64,000 nt of DNA. It comes from Rhodospirillales bacterium (GTDB taxonomy: Bacteria; Pseudomonadota; Alphaproteobacteria; Bin95). Below, piece after piece: positions 33,428 through 43,556 of this stretch. The notes under the pieces were generated by a model, which worked only from the letters and a program-made list of their open reading frames with translations, was not told where the DNA came from and ran no database searches. Within the stretch, counting starts at the first letter, position 1. Every line of letters starts with the position of its first letter. Position numbers and translations under genes: made by a program. The DNA is taken from assembly GCA_038143065.1 (NCBI GenBank), contig JAYQLI010000035.1, positions 1,472,894-1,536,893 of the forward strand, written 5' to 3'.

Positions 33428-34420
33428 ATGGCGGAATTCCGCGCAATACTGCTTGAAAGACACGGCGAAACTGTTGCGCCAAGCATTCAAACTTTGGATT
33501 CAAACCGTTTGCCAGATGGCGACGTTACAGTCCGGGTAACATATTCAACGCTGAATTATAAAGATGGCCTAGTACTTAAAGGTCAGGGTGGCTTAGTGCG
33601 TAACTATCCCCACATTCCTGGTATTGACCTCATCGGGATAGTTGAAGATCCAGGGACGTCCAAATTCAATGTAGGCGATAAAGTCATCTCAACTGGGTGG
33701 CGTGTTGGTGAAGTCTGGTGGGGTGGTTATGCCACTATGGCAAAATTAAAGTCTGAGTGGTTAGTAAAAGCGCCAGATGGACTTTCTGAACAACAATGCA
33801 TGGCTATTGGCACTGCGGGTTTTACAGCGATGCAGTGCATTCTTGCACTGGAGTCAAACGGCGTAGACCCGAATTCTGGCGAAGTCGTTGTAACTGGTGC
33901 AGGGGGAGGAGTGGGTTCAGTCGCCGTTTCAATCCTCGCGGGGCTAGGGTACGAAGTTACTGCCGTCACGGGCCGGCCTCATCTAGAGAAATACTTCAGT
34001 GACTTAGGGGCGAAAAACCTCTTAAGCCGAGAAGAAATATATGATCTCGCGAAACGACCACTCCAAACTGAGCGATTTGCTGGAGCGATTGATACTGTTG
34101 GTGGAGATATTCTAGCAGGTGTACTGCCGGCCATTAAGTACAAGGGTACTGCCGCAATTTGTGGGCTTGCAGGAGGTGCTGGGTTAAAAACCACCGTAAT
34201 CCCGTTCATCTTAAGAGGTATTACCATGGCCGGTATAGATTCCGTGATGGCACCAACCAAAGAGCGGGAGGAAATATGGTCTCGCCTATCAACTGATTTA
34301 CCGATGAATAAACTAGACGCTGCAACTTCCGTCGTAGGACTGCAGGATGCCATCGACCTCGCTGATGAAATTCTTGCGGGACAAGTAAAAGGGCGAACCG
34401 TTATCGACGTTAATGCATGA
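33428..34420 (+). CDS. acuI: Acryloyl-CoA reductase AcuI/YhdH (MDR family)
   Basis: YSTLNYKDG, PGID, AIGTAGFTAM, VTGAGGGVGS, DTVGG, PFILRG and GIDSV. Confidence 0.85.
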   Translation: MAEFRAILLERHGETVAPSIQTLDSNRLPDGDVTVRVTYSTLNYKDGLVLKGQGGLVRNYPHIPGIDLIGIVEDPGTSKFNVGDKVISTGWRVGEVWWGGYATMAKLKSEWLVKAPDGLSEQQCMAIGTAGFTAMQCILALESNGVDPNSGEVVVTGAGGGVGSVAVSILAGLGYEVTAVTGRPHLEKYFSDLGAKNLLSREEIYDLAKRPLQTERFAGAIDTVGGDILAGVLPAIKYKGTAAICGLAGGAGLKTTVIPFILRGITMAGIDSVMAPTKEREEIWSRLSTDLPMNKLDAATSVVGLQDAIDLADEILAGQVKGRTVIDVNA

Positions 34421-34431
34421 TCTAGACGTGA

Positions 34432-36021
34432 CTACATTGTCTGGTCTTTCGTTTTAAGGAAACGAACATCTGGGTATGTCTCTTCTGCGTTTTGAAGACG
34501 CCATGCATTACGCGCAAGAAAAACGGGTTCATTGTCATGATCTTCCGCAGTTTCTCCTCGGTTTTTATCGAGAAAATCCTTAAGTTTGCGTGGATCACTC
34601 GAAGCAACCCAGCGAGCTGTATGGAGGCCCGCGGGTTCAAAACGAACAGGAACGTCGTACTCTGCGCGTATTCGATCAGCTAAAACATCAAACTGAAGCT
34701 GTCCCACTACACCCACAATCCAATAGGCACCAACATTTGGTCGGAATACACGCGCCACTCCCTCCTCAGCTAACTGCGTTAATGCACGAGTTAAGTGCTT
34801 TGCTCTCATTGGGTCATCTGGGAGTACACGTTGCAAGAGCTCAGGCGCGAAATCTGGCACACCAGTAAAACGAACCTCTTCACCTTCCGTAAGACTATCG
34901 CCAATCCTAAGCTGACCATGATTAGGAAGTCCCACAATATCTCCTGGCCAAGCGTTTTCAGCAATCTCACGATCCTGTGCCAGAAACATCACTGGCGCAG
35001 ATATCGCCATCATTTTACCTGACCGCACATGACGAAGCTTCATTCCGCGTTGAAATTTTCCAGAGGCTAGCCTCACAAACGCAATACGGTCTCGGTGTTT
35101 TGGGTCCATATTCGCCTGAATTTTAAATACAAACCCAGACACTTTTTCTTCAGTAGGCTCTACCGAACGCTCTACAGCAGGCTGTGGTCGGGGTGGAGGT
35201 GCAAGTTGAGCAACACCATCCAATAGTTCGCGTACCCCAAAGTTATTGATAGCACTTCCAAAATAGATGGGGGTCAAATGTCCCTCTAAATAACTCTCTC
35301 GATCAAAAGCAGGACACAACTCTCTTGCCATTTCTGCCCCCTCTCGGAGTTCAGCAACAGCATGGCTTGGAAGCAATTTTTCTAGTGCTGGATCAGAAAG
35401 GCCGTCTACGCGGGCGCCTTCTTCTGGAATACCTTCCCGCGACCTTTCAAGAAGGATTAGCCTGTCGCGGTCAAGATCGTAACAGCCCTTAAAATCCCTA
35501 CCAGACCCAATCGGCCAGGACATTGGAGCTACATCGAGAGCTAATTGTTCTTGAATTTGATCAATAAGCTCGAAAGGTTCCAATGCCTCCCTATCCATCT
35601 TATTAACGAAGGTGACAATGGGAATGTCACGGAGACGACAAACTTCGAATAATTTTAAAGTTTGCGGCTCAATACCCTTAGCAGCGTCCAAGACCATGAT
35701 TGCGCTATCAACAGCCGTGAGTGTGCGATACGTATCCTCAGAAAAGTCTTCGTGGCCTGGAGTATCGAGTAAATTGAATGCCTTCGCGTCATACTCGAAG
35801 GACATAACAGATGAGGCAACAGAAATGCCTCTTTCTCTTTCAACTTTCAGCCTATCTGAACGTGCTCGACGTTGCTCACCGCGAGCCTTAACGGCACCAG
35901 CCATTTGAATAGCACCACCAAACAAGAGGAGCTTTTCAGTTAAGGTAGTCTTACCCGCATCAGGGTGAGCGATGATGGCAAATGTGCGCCGTCGTGCCGC
36001 CTCTGTCTCAAGGACGTTCAT
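34432..36021 (-). CDS. prfC: Peptide chain release factor 3
   Basis: RRRTFAIIAHPDAGKTTLTEK, LLDTPGHEDFSEDTYR and FKIQANMDPKHRDRIAF. Confidence 0.97.
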   Translation of the reverse strand: MNVLETEAARRRTFAIIAHPDAGKTTLTEKLLLFGGAIQMAGAVKARGEQRRARSDRLKVERERGISVASSVMSFEYDAKAFNLLDTPGHEDFSEDTYRTLTAVDSAIMVLDAAKGIEPQTLKLFEVCRLRDIPIVTFVNKMDREALEPFELIDQIQEQLALDVAPMSWPIGSGRDFKGCYDLDRDRLILLERSREGIPEEGARVDGLSDPALEKLLPSHAVAELREGAEMARELCPAFDRESYLEGHLTPIYFGSAINNFGVRELLDGVAQLAPPPRPQPAVERSVEPTEEKVSGFVFKIQANMDPKHRDRIAFVRLASGKFQRGMKLRHVRSGKMMAISAPVMFLAQDREIAENAWPGDIVGLPNHGQLRIGDSLTEGEEVRFTGVPDFAPELLQRVLPDDPMRAKHLTRALTQLAEEGVARVFRPNVGAYWIVGVVGQLQFDVLADRIRAEYDVPVRFEPAGLHTARWVASSDPRKLKDFLDKNRGETAEDHDNEPVFLARNAWRLQNAEETYPDVRFLKTKDQTM

Positions 36022-36222
36022 TAAAATTCTTCCAAATACATTTTAAGGCACAGCTGATCTTAGGATGTATAGCAAAATCAGCCCCAACAATAAGAAAAGA
36101 AACTTATGAGCCTCTTTCATTCATTACTCGAAGCACCTAAACCAGAATCCTATGGTTGGAAAGAGGTTGCTGATAGCAATTTATTGGCACCCCCCCTTAC
36201 CTAAAAGGCATGAGGGCTTTGG

Positions 36223-37728
36223 TTACTCGCGAGTTGGCTTAATGGCAACAAAGCGAAGAGTTCCTTTTCTGTTTATCAGCAGCAACACTGACTTACGCTT
36301 ACTAGCGATCGCCTCGGCCACCTTCTCTCGTACATCAAGAGGACTAGAAACTGGATCCTGATTAATCTCAATGATTACGTCACCAGGAAGAACATTTTCT
36401 TGTGCTGCTGGGCCTTCCTCCTGAACAGCTACAATCAAGGCTCCCTTGATATCTTCTTCAATGCCGTTTTCTGCACGTGCTTCATCAGTAAGAGGAGCAA
36501 TCATCAGTCCAACATTAGGAATTTCCAGTGAGGGGTCTGCCTCTTCAGCAGCTTCTTTCGCTAATGTTTCATCTAGTCTTGCGACTGTTATACGAACAAC
36601 TTCCTCTGCTTTATCTCGCCAGACGACAACTGGAACCTCAGAGCCAATTTTTGTCTCCGCCACAATTCGCGGCAAACGCCTAACTTTATCGATATCGATA
36701 CCATTGAATTTAAGAATTATGTCCTGCTCTTTAATACCGCCTAGCATCGCTGGGCCATCCTTCGCTACTGAAGCAACTAATGCTCCGCGCGCTTTATCAA
36801 GGCCCAACGTGTTAGCAATTTCATCTGTGACAGTTTGGATATGTACTCCAAGCCACCCTCTCCGGGTTTCACCAAAGCGCTGGAGTTGATCAATAATTGG
36901 GGCAGCCAGCGATGTAGGCACTGCAAAGCCAATACCTACTGACCCACCAGTCGGGGAATAGATTGCAGAATTAACACCGATTACTTCCCCATCCATATTA
37001 AGCATAGGGCCACCAGAGTTACCCTTATTTATTGCGGCATCTGTTTGAAGGTAATCGTCATACGGACCTGAACGAATATCTCTTTGGCGCGCTGAAATGA
37101 TACCTGCCGAAACCGATCCACCCAGCCCAAATGGATTTCCAATAGCAATCACCCAGTCACCGACACGAATTTTTCTGCTATCGCCAATTTTTAAAAAAGC
37201 TAGAGGCGTTTCACTTTCTACCTTTAAAACAGCCAGATCTGTCTTTGGGTCACGGCCAAGCACCTTTGCGGGCAGTTCGTGATCATCTTGAAATCTGATA
37301 ACGATCTCATCAGCGCCTGCAATGACATGATTATTCGTAACCACAATACCTGAGGGATCAATTACGAACCCAGATCCAAGTGAATTTGCTTGACGAGGCT
37401 GAGAACCGTTTGGGTTGCGCTCTAAAAACTCTTTAAAAAAATCCTCAAAGGGAGTGCCTGGGGGAACATCCGGGCGATCCCCGACAGATATATTCTGGGT
37501 TGTAGAAATGTTCACTACCGCTGGCAAAGATTTTTCAGCAAGGTCAGCAAAACTTTCTCCAGGCTGACGGGCAGCAACCGGATTAGTTCCAAACACAAAC
37601 CCACCAACTAGAACGGCAGCGAAAAAATTAGCTATCAGGCAGCGCAAGGTTTTTTCCTTTCGCAGAAGTCGGTGAAGCGAAAAATTCCGAACAGACATGG
37701 CAAGGTCTGGTAAGAACCGCCGTTTCAT
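36223..37728 (-). CDS. DegP/DegQ (Do) serine endoprotease with two PDZ domains
   Basis: TNNHVI, DLAVL and QTDAAINKGNSGGP catalytic triad, followed by PDZ domains. True start may be TTG at about 37647. Confidence 0.95.
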   Translation of the reverse strand: MKRRFLPDLAMSVRNFSLHRLLRKEKTLRCLIANFFAAVLVGGFVFGTNPVAARQPGESFADLAEKSLPAVVNISTTQNISVGDRPDVPPGTPFEDFFKEFLERNPNGSQPRQANSLGSGFVIDPSGIVVTNNHVIAGADEIVIRFQDDHELPAKVLGRDPKTDLAVLKVESETPLAFLKIGDSRKIRVGDWVIAIGNPFGLGGSVSAGIISARQRDIRSGPYDDYLQTDAAINKGNSGGPMLNMDGEVIGVNSAIYSPTGGSVGIGFAVPTSLAAPIIDQLQRFGETRRGWLGVHIQTVTDEIANTLGLDKARGALVASVAKDGPAMLGGIKEQDIILKFNGIDIDKVRRLPRIVAETKIGSEVPVVVWRDKAEEVVRITVARLDETLAKEAAEEADPSLEIPNVGLMIAPLTDEARAENGIEEDIKGALIVAVQEEGPAAQENVLPGDVIIEINQDPVSSPLDVREKVAEAIASKRKSVLLLINRKGTLRFVAIKPTRE

Positions 37729-37735
37729 AAACGTC

Positions 37736-37921
37736 TCAGACCCGAGCGAACCAGATTATGGTAAGGCCTATGCAGGCTATCAGTAAGGCCCTGTAGCGCA
37801 ATGCCTCTGCTGGCTCATCAAGGACACGCTCCATCATCTTGCGCATTGCATTTGGGAATAGCCCATAGAGCATACCTTCTAGCACCAGGGCTAATCCCAA
37901 AGCCGTCACAAAATCAACCAT
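37736..37921 (-). CDS. DUF2065 small membrane protein
   Basis: ALGLALVLEG...FP..MR.M...LR pattern, in its conserved position after hflC. Confidence 0.85.
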   Translation of the reverse strand: MVDFVTALGLALVLEGMLYGLFPNAMRKMMERVLDEPAEALRYRALLIACIGLTIIWFARV

Positions 37922-37936
37922 TGCCAGGTCCCGTCG

Positions 37937-38815
37937 TTAACGCTCGGAAGCCCCAGATTGACTCTGAAAGAACTGGAAGAAATCGCTATCTGGCGATAGA
38001 ACGAATGTCGTTCCCTCGCTTCCAAGTGCATTCCTATAAGCTTCCATGGAACGATAAAAGGCAAAAAACTCGGGATCTTGGCCAAAAGACTCCGCATAAA
38101 TACGGATCGCTTCACCATCCCCTTCACCCTTGAGCTCTTGTGCACGTTGTTGTGCTTTAGCTACGAGCTCTACGCGCTCACGATCAGCAGCAGCGCGAAT
38201 AGTGATTGCTACTTCCTGTCCTTCAGCACGAAGTTCACGCGCATCCCTCTCACGTTCAGTCTGCATACTCTGATAAATTGCCTCGGCGTTCACTTTAGGC
38301 AAATCAGCACGACGTACCCGCAAATCAACGAAGCTAATCCCAAAACGCGTGGATTCTGTATTTGCCACTGTCCTAATACGAAGCATGATTGCTGATCGCT
38401 GATCCGAAAGTACCGATTTTAATGTCTCAACAGCAAAGACGTCACGCATTGCCTTGCTAACAAGTTGGGCCAAGCGAGGTTCGGCATTAGCCTCAGATCC
38501 AAAGGATTGGACGAAGAGAAGTGGGTCCTGGATCACGAATCTAGAGATAACATCAACGACAAGACGATTCTTGTCTTTATCGACGATTTCCTCTGCCGCA
38601 GGGTCAAGGTTAAGCACACGGCCTTCAACATACCGCACAGATTGCCAAGGCAGCTTCCAATGCAGGCCTGGGTCGGTGATTACCTGGCGAGGATCACCGA
38701 ACTGGAAAACAATCGCCTGCTGTGTCTGGTGAACCGTGAAAGCAGACATAGCGACACCGACGACGGCAATGGCTAATAAAGCTAATGCGCCAATACCAGT
38801 TGCAACTTTACGCAT
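37937..38815 (-). CDS. hflC: FtsH protease modulator HflC
   Basis: SPFH domain with PGLHWKLP, RADLP, M..ERER.A and DPEFFAFYRSMEAY. Confidence 0.95.
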   Translation of the reverse strand: MRKVATGIGALALLAIAVVGVAMSAFTVHQTQQAIVFQFGDPRQVITDPGLHWKLPWQSVRYVEGRVLNLDPAAEEIVDKDKNRLVVDVISRFVIQDPLLFVQSFGSEANAEPRLAQLVSKAMRDVFAVETLKSVLSDQRSAIMLRIRTVANTESTRFGISFVDLRVRRADLPKVNAEAIYQSMQTERERDARELRAEGQEVAITIRAAADRERVELVAKAQQRAQELKGEGDGEAIRIYAESFGQDPEFFAFYRSMEAYRNALGSEGTTFVLSPDSDFFQFFQSQSGASER

Positions 38816-39948
38816 TAGTTCTGCCCTCCATTTGTCTTTTCAGAAGCTGTTCGCCGTTTTTGTATTTCTGGCAACGGGAGATAAGGGACAACCCCAGAAC
38901 CACCACCTTTGCCGTCACCATCAACAATTACTTTGTTTGCGTTACGTAACACTTCTTCCATCGTTTCAAGGTAAATACGACGTTGCGTAACATCCTTGGA
39001 AACTTTGTAAGAGTTGTAGACATTCATAAAGCGATTTGCGTCACCGGCAGCCCTTGCTGTCACTTCGCGCTTGTAAGCTTCCGCCTCTTCAATCAGCTTT
39101 GCAGCTTCACCCCTTGCCCTAGGAACGACATCACGCTGATAAGCCTCTGCTTGCTTTTGGAAGCGGTCCTTATCTGCGGCAGCGCGCTGCACATCGCGGA
39201 ATGCGTCAATAACTTGTCCAGGCGGGTCCACCCGCAAGACTTGCATATTGGTGATAGTCACGCCTGCTTTGTATTCATCGAGGAGCTTTTGGAGATTGAC
39301 TAGGCCATCAGCGGCAACCGCTTCACGTCCGTCTGTCAGGGCGTAATCTATCGAATTTTGACCAATTATCTCTCGTATAACTGATTCCGCAGCAGCCGCT
39401 ATGGTCTGTTCTGGGTTGCGAATTTGGAAGAGATAATCTCCAGCGTTAGCAATTTTCCAGAACACAACATAATCGACCTCAACGATTTTACTATCGCCCG
39501 TCAGCATACTTGCTTGATCTTCACCGCGACTAGGACCACCTAATTCAATTTTATTTACTCGGGTCACCTTCGGTGTTTGCACAGCTTCAATGGGGTATGG
39601 CAGATGAAAGTGGAGTCCGGGAGTTTCAAGTCGCACGAATTTACCAAATCGAGTAACCGCACCCTGCTCATCAGCCTCAACTCGATAGACACCGCTGAAT
39701 AACCATAATCCAAGGCCAATCAAGACTAGCAATACCAGCATCGCCTTATCGCCGCCTTTAGGAGCAAGTCGCTTCAGCTTCTCTTGACCCTTACGGATCA
39801 TCTCATCGAAGTCAGGCGGTTGCGGGCCTCTGCCGCCACCAGATGGTCCGCGGCCTCCACCACTGCCCCAGGGGCCTCCACCACCATTATTAGAACCACC
39901 GTTGTTGGATCCCCCACCCCAGGGTCCACCTTGATTTTGCCAGGGCAT
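38815..39948 (-). CDS. hflK: FtsH protease modulator HflK
   Basis: MPW...GPWG Gly-rich N-terminus, PPDFDE, PGLHFHLPYPIE, MLTGD, RIYLETMEEV and VPYLPL. Confidence 0.95.
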   Translation of the reverse strand: MPWQNQGGPWGGGSNNGGSNNGGGGPWGSGGGRGPSGGGRGPQPPDFDEMIRKGQEKLKRLAPKGGDKAMLVLLVLIGLGLWLFSGVYRVEADEQGAVTRFGKFVRLETPGLHFHLPYPIEAVQTPKVTRVNKIELGGPSRGEDQASMLTGDSKIVEVDYVVFWKIANAGDYLFQIRNPEQTIAAAAESVIREIIGQNSIDYALTDGREAVAADGLVNLQKLLDEYKAGVTITNMQVLRVDPPGQVIDAFRDVQRAAADKDRFQKQAEAYQRDVVPRARGEAAKLIEEAEAYKREVTARAAGDANRFMNVYNSYKVSKDVTQRRIYLETMEEVLRNANKVIVDGDGKGGGSGVVPYLPLPEIQKRRTASEKTNGGQN

Positions 39949-40105
39949 TCCGCCGCCTTTCGAATTGCTCTAAATAACTTTGCGTGCGCTTTTAACGTGC
40001 AGAATGTACATATACTACCGCAGCGCTAACCGGTAGACCCGGAGCACGTTTATCCCATATGTAGATGCAAAGGCATTGTATCAAGCATTTCCTAGGAAAG
40101 AGATT

Positions 40106-41229
40106 ATGACAGAAGTGACAGAGGCCATAGTTCGGCAAGTCTTAGGCAACGTGAAATTCGGGGATCAAGACATTGTCTCTGCAGGTATTCTAGGCGGGAT
40201 TGCAATAAAAAATGGCTCTGTCCAAGCAACTCTAGAAATTGATCCTGAAACTGCGGCATCGATGGAGCCGGTTCGAAAGGAAGCAGAATCTTCTATCAGC
40301 GCTATACCAGGCGTTTTATCTGCCACCGTCGTAATGACTGCAGAGTCAAAACCAAAAACAGCTGCCACTTCGACACCGCATGATAACGAGCAACAAGCAG
40401 GCTCTGATGGCGGTGCCATTCCTGGAGTGGGTGCAATTATTGCTGTTGCCTCCGGAAAGGGGGAGTAGGGAAATCAACGGTCGCAGCGAATCTAGCTACC
40501 GCGCTGGCTCGTCAAGGCCTGAATGTTGGACTTCTAGATGCCGATATCTACGGCCCCTCAATGCCTCGGATGCTTGGTCGAACCGAACGACCAGACAGTC
40601 CGGACGGAAAGCAACTCATCCCACTCAAGGCTCACGGCGTGAAATTTATGTCGATCGGCCTACTTGTTGAGGAACGGACACCTATGATCTGGCGCGGGCC
40701 AATGGTGATGAGTGCTTTGCAACAAATGCTGCATGACGTCGCCTGGGCAAGTCCTGAAGAACCTATAGATGTACTTGTGCTGGATATGCCTCCAGGAACA
40801 GGTGATGCCCAGCTAACGGTTGCTCAGCGTGTACCGCTTGCAGGCGCTATAATTGTATCAACCCCCCAGGACATAGCACTTCTCGATGCCCGACGCGGCG
40901 TTTCTATGTTTGAAAAGGTAAATGTTCCAGTCTTGGGTGTCGTTGAAAACATGAGCGTCTATGTCTGCCCAAGTTGTGGTCATACTGCACATCCATTCGG
41001 TCATGGCGGCGCCAAGGCCGAAGCGGAAGCTTTAGGTGTTCCTTGCCTGGCAGAGATTCCTCTCACCCTTGGAATTCGTGAGCAAGGTGATGCTGGCGCA
41101 CCAATCGTTGTGGCAAAACCAGACTCTGCCGAAGCCATGGCATTCTTGGGTCTGGCCGATCGTGTAGCCGAAATATTGAACACTCACCCTGCTAGGAACC
41201 AAGACGGTCCAGCTATTATCTTTGAGTGA
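40106..41229 (+). CDS. mrp: Mrp/ApbC (NBP35) Fe-S cluster carrier ATPase, with a frameshift near 40460
   Basis: ASGKG(G)VGKST split at a G-run. DADIYGPS, WRGPM, DMPPGTGD and ENMS..CPSC. Confidence 0.93.
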
Positions 41230-41232
41230 AGA

Positions 41233-43461
41233 TCATTCTTCTGAATCTTCACTCTTTAAGAAGTTTCGAATTACGTTTTCGATCATTCGGCTCACGTTAT
41301 TGTCCCCACCATTCCAAGGCAGGCTGCCAGTAAACGTTATAGACCCTGTAGAGAATACTCCCCCACCTTCTGGGGTATCGAAGTAAATTATATCGGCTCG
41401 GATTAAATCTTCCGGTCGACCACCTGGGGGCTGCGCCGATCTAGGAACAGTATCGACGTGTGTGAGCTGTTCCTCATGAACAAGCACGAAGTGCGCTTGG
41501 TGAGCTTCAGAAGACGCTAATACGACTGCATTCGGTGGAGTGCCCAACATAGAGTCAGCACGGTCAAGTTCGTAACCCGCAGCTCCTCCACCGGAGAAAC
41601 CAAAATCACCTATGAATTCATCATTGATGCCTTCAAAGATCCAAGCATATTTTTTGTCGTAAGACGCAGGCTTACGTCGGTAATAGCTACCTTGAAAAAG
41701 TCCCTGACTGGTGAACCCTAAACCTACTAACGACTGAGGCGGTTTCCCACTTCTTCGCCAAAGACCACCATATGCTCCATCGAAGGCGTTCCAGTACTCC
41801 CCGGGATCTGAAGCCCAAGCCCTAATACCGCCTTCTGCTCGGCGAATTTCATAGACACCATCTATTTGTTTATGGCGTGCAATTCTCCAATAAAATCCAT
41901 TTCCTCCAAGGTAAAGCAAACGGCCGCCCAGCCTATGCGCATAATCAAAAAAGGCTTGGCGACTTTCTTGCGTGTGGTATTCAGGATGAGAGGCTGTAGC
42001 GACGGCCTTGTAGCCCTCAAGGGCCGATGCACCCTCCTTATCAAGGTCTTCATCCGTTAAAATGTCATAGTCGATCCCCTTAGACTCTAGCCACTGTACA
42101 ATGTGCAAATCGGTTGGAAGATGACGAAGACCAGAAGCAGCAAAACTGTTTGCAATTGAAATATAGCCAGGTCGCATATTTAAGATCGGTCGCAATCGAG
42201 TTGTGTGACAGATACCACTTCCATCATTGTGAAAGTTGTATGTGGAAAGCCCAAAATCGGGGTATTGGTCTGGCGTCCAAGGTCGTGCCGCCCACGAATT
42301 TGCTTTAGCGAGATAACCTTCAGTCGTATTGCCCCGCGCATGGTTGGCATAGATCACATATGTAAAGGTGGGTATTACCAGACAAAAATCCGCCTGTTGT
42401 TCTCCTCTACGCGGACGCACAAAAAATGGGATAAAGTCTTCATCCGATCCCAAACAAAGACGAGCTGCGTAGACACCACTCTTGATACCGTCGGGTAATT
42501 TGAACTGAAAATCAGTTTCCCATTTGCAGTCATCGATATCATCATCATGGAAATGAATGGCACCATATTCTTTTGGCCGTTGTTGCCAATTCATCTCCTG
42601 TCCCGACCACTTGGAACCCGTCATTCCACGCGTAGGAAGGTTTATGATACGACCATGTAGTCCAAGCTTGCCCATATCCATAATCTCTAGGCCTGAGATA
42701 TTTCGGCTAAAATCCCAAGATGCAAGAATATCGGTATTGAATTTCTCTAGTGACAAACTGCTACTCGGTTCTGCAGTGAGGGCAGTTTTTTGAATGGTTG
42801 GCTGCTCAATTTTCCCATTAAAACAAGTTTGGGGCCCTTCAGCATCTAAAGAAGCGATCAGAAGATCCGTATTGCCGTCGCCCCCTGGCGAACTAATCGT
42901 GACCTTGGCGACACCGTCAGCATCTACTCCATATTCTGGATGTATTTGAAACTGACCGACAGTTAACGCTGCTGCTTCACTATCATAGGAGCACCAAACA
43001 CACGCCCAGCGTCGCTCTCTTAAATGCTTACCAACATTTACTCTGGTTTCGGTGCCATCCGCATGCACCAATCTTGCTTCAGCACCATTTGGGCCAATGA
43101 CTAGAGCAAAACCACCACGAGCATCTATTTTGGCCATAACACCTTGCTCTGGTTTGTCTGGTGTTGTTGGCCATATCAGAGCCGATAATGTGAATGATTT
43201 TAGATCTTTGAGTGCCTCACCAGTATCAACGTTTGCATAAGAGCCAAGCTTTACTCTTTGGAAGCGAGATGGATATGTCCGATCTACAACAGACGGAATA
43301 TGTGCGAATTGGATCACCGGGCTCAGCGGGTTTGGGTCTCCAGAAATCAATCGAACAATACTTGCTCGATAGTCTTGATCTCCAGCACTTGAGACCTTGA
43401 ACGAAATAACCTCCCCAGGGGCGCCTGTTAAATTATCCGCATAACCAATAATAGGTATCAT
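41233..43461 (-). CDS. N,N-dimethylformamidase large (beta) subunit family protein
   Basis: GYAD...PGE.I.FKVS N-terminus, a LamG-like domain, HFHDDD and SGVYAARL. Also TFTYVIYANH, GLSTYNFH, SHPEY, YLGGNGFYW and AAGYELDR. Confidence 0.85.
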   Translation of the reverse strand: MIPIIGYADNLTGAPGEVISFKVSSAGDQDYRASIVRLISGDPNPLSPVIQFAHIPSVVDRTYPSRFQRVKLGSYANVDTGEALKDLKSFTLSALIWPTTPDKPEQGVMAKIDARGGFALVIGPNGAEARLVHADGTETRVNVGKHLRERRWACVWCSYDSEAAALTVGQFQIHPEYGVDADGVAKVTISSPGGDGNTDLLIASLDAEGPQTCFNGKIEQPTIQKTALTAEPSSSLSLEKFNTDILASWDFSRNISGLEIMDMGKLGLHGRIINLPTRGMTGSKWSGQEMNWQQRPKEYGAIHFHDDDIDDCKWETDFQFKLPDGIKSGVYAARLCLGSDEDFIPFFVRPRRGEQQADFCLVIPTFTYVIYANHARGNTTEGYLAKANSWAARPWTPDQYPDFGLSTYNFHNDGSGICHTTRLRPILNMRPGYISIANSFAASGLRHLPTDLHIVQWLESKGIDYDILTDEDLDKEGASALEGYKAVATASHPEYHTQESRQAFFDYAHRLGGRLLYLGGNGFYWRIARHKQIDGVYEIRRAEGGIRAWASDPGEYWNAFDGAYGGLWRRSGKPPQSLVGLGFTSQGLFQGSYYRRKPASYDKKYAWIFEGINDEFIGDFGFSGGGAAGYELDRADSMLGTPPNAVVLASSEAHQAHFVLVHEEQLTHVDTVPRSAQPPGGRPEDLIRADIIYFDTPEGGGVFSTGSITFTGSLPWNGGDNNVSRMIENVIRNFLKSEDSEE

Positions 43462-43556
43462 CTGCCTCGAAGACCTCTTTGAAGGTGCAAGAAAGTTTTT
43501 TAGTTTAAGACATCTTCAGCCACCACGCTGTCCACCGCAAGGAATAGGAAGCCCAA

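Noticed and set aside
39840-39948. GGSNN/PWGGG repeats
   Set aside because: Ordinary Gly-rich HflK N-terminus, not a repeat array.
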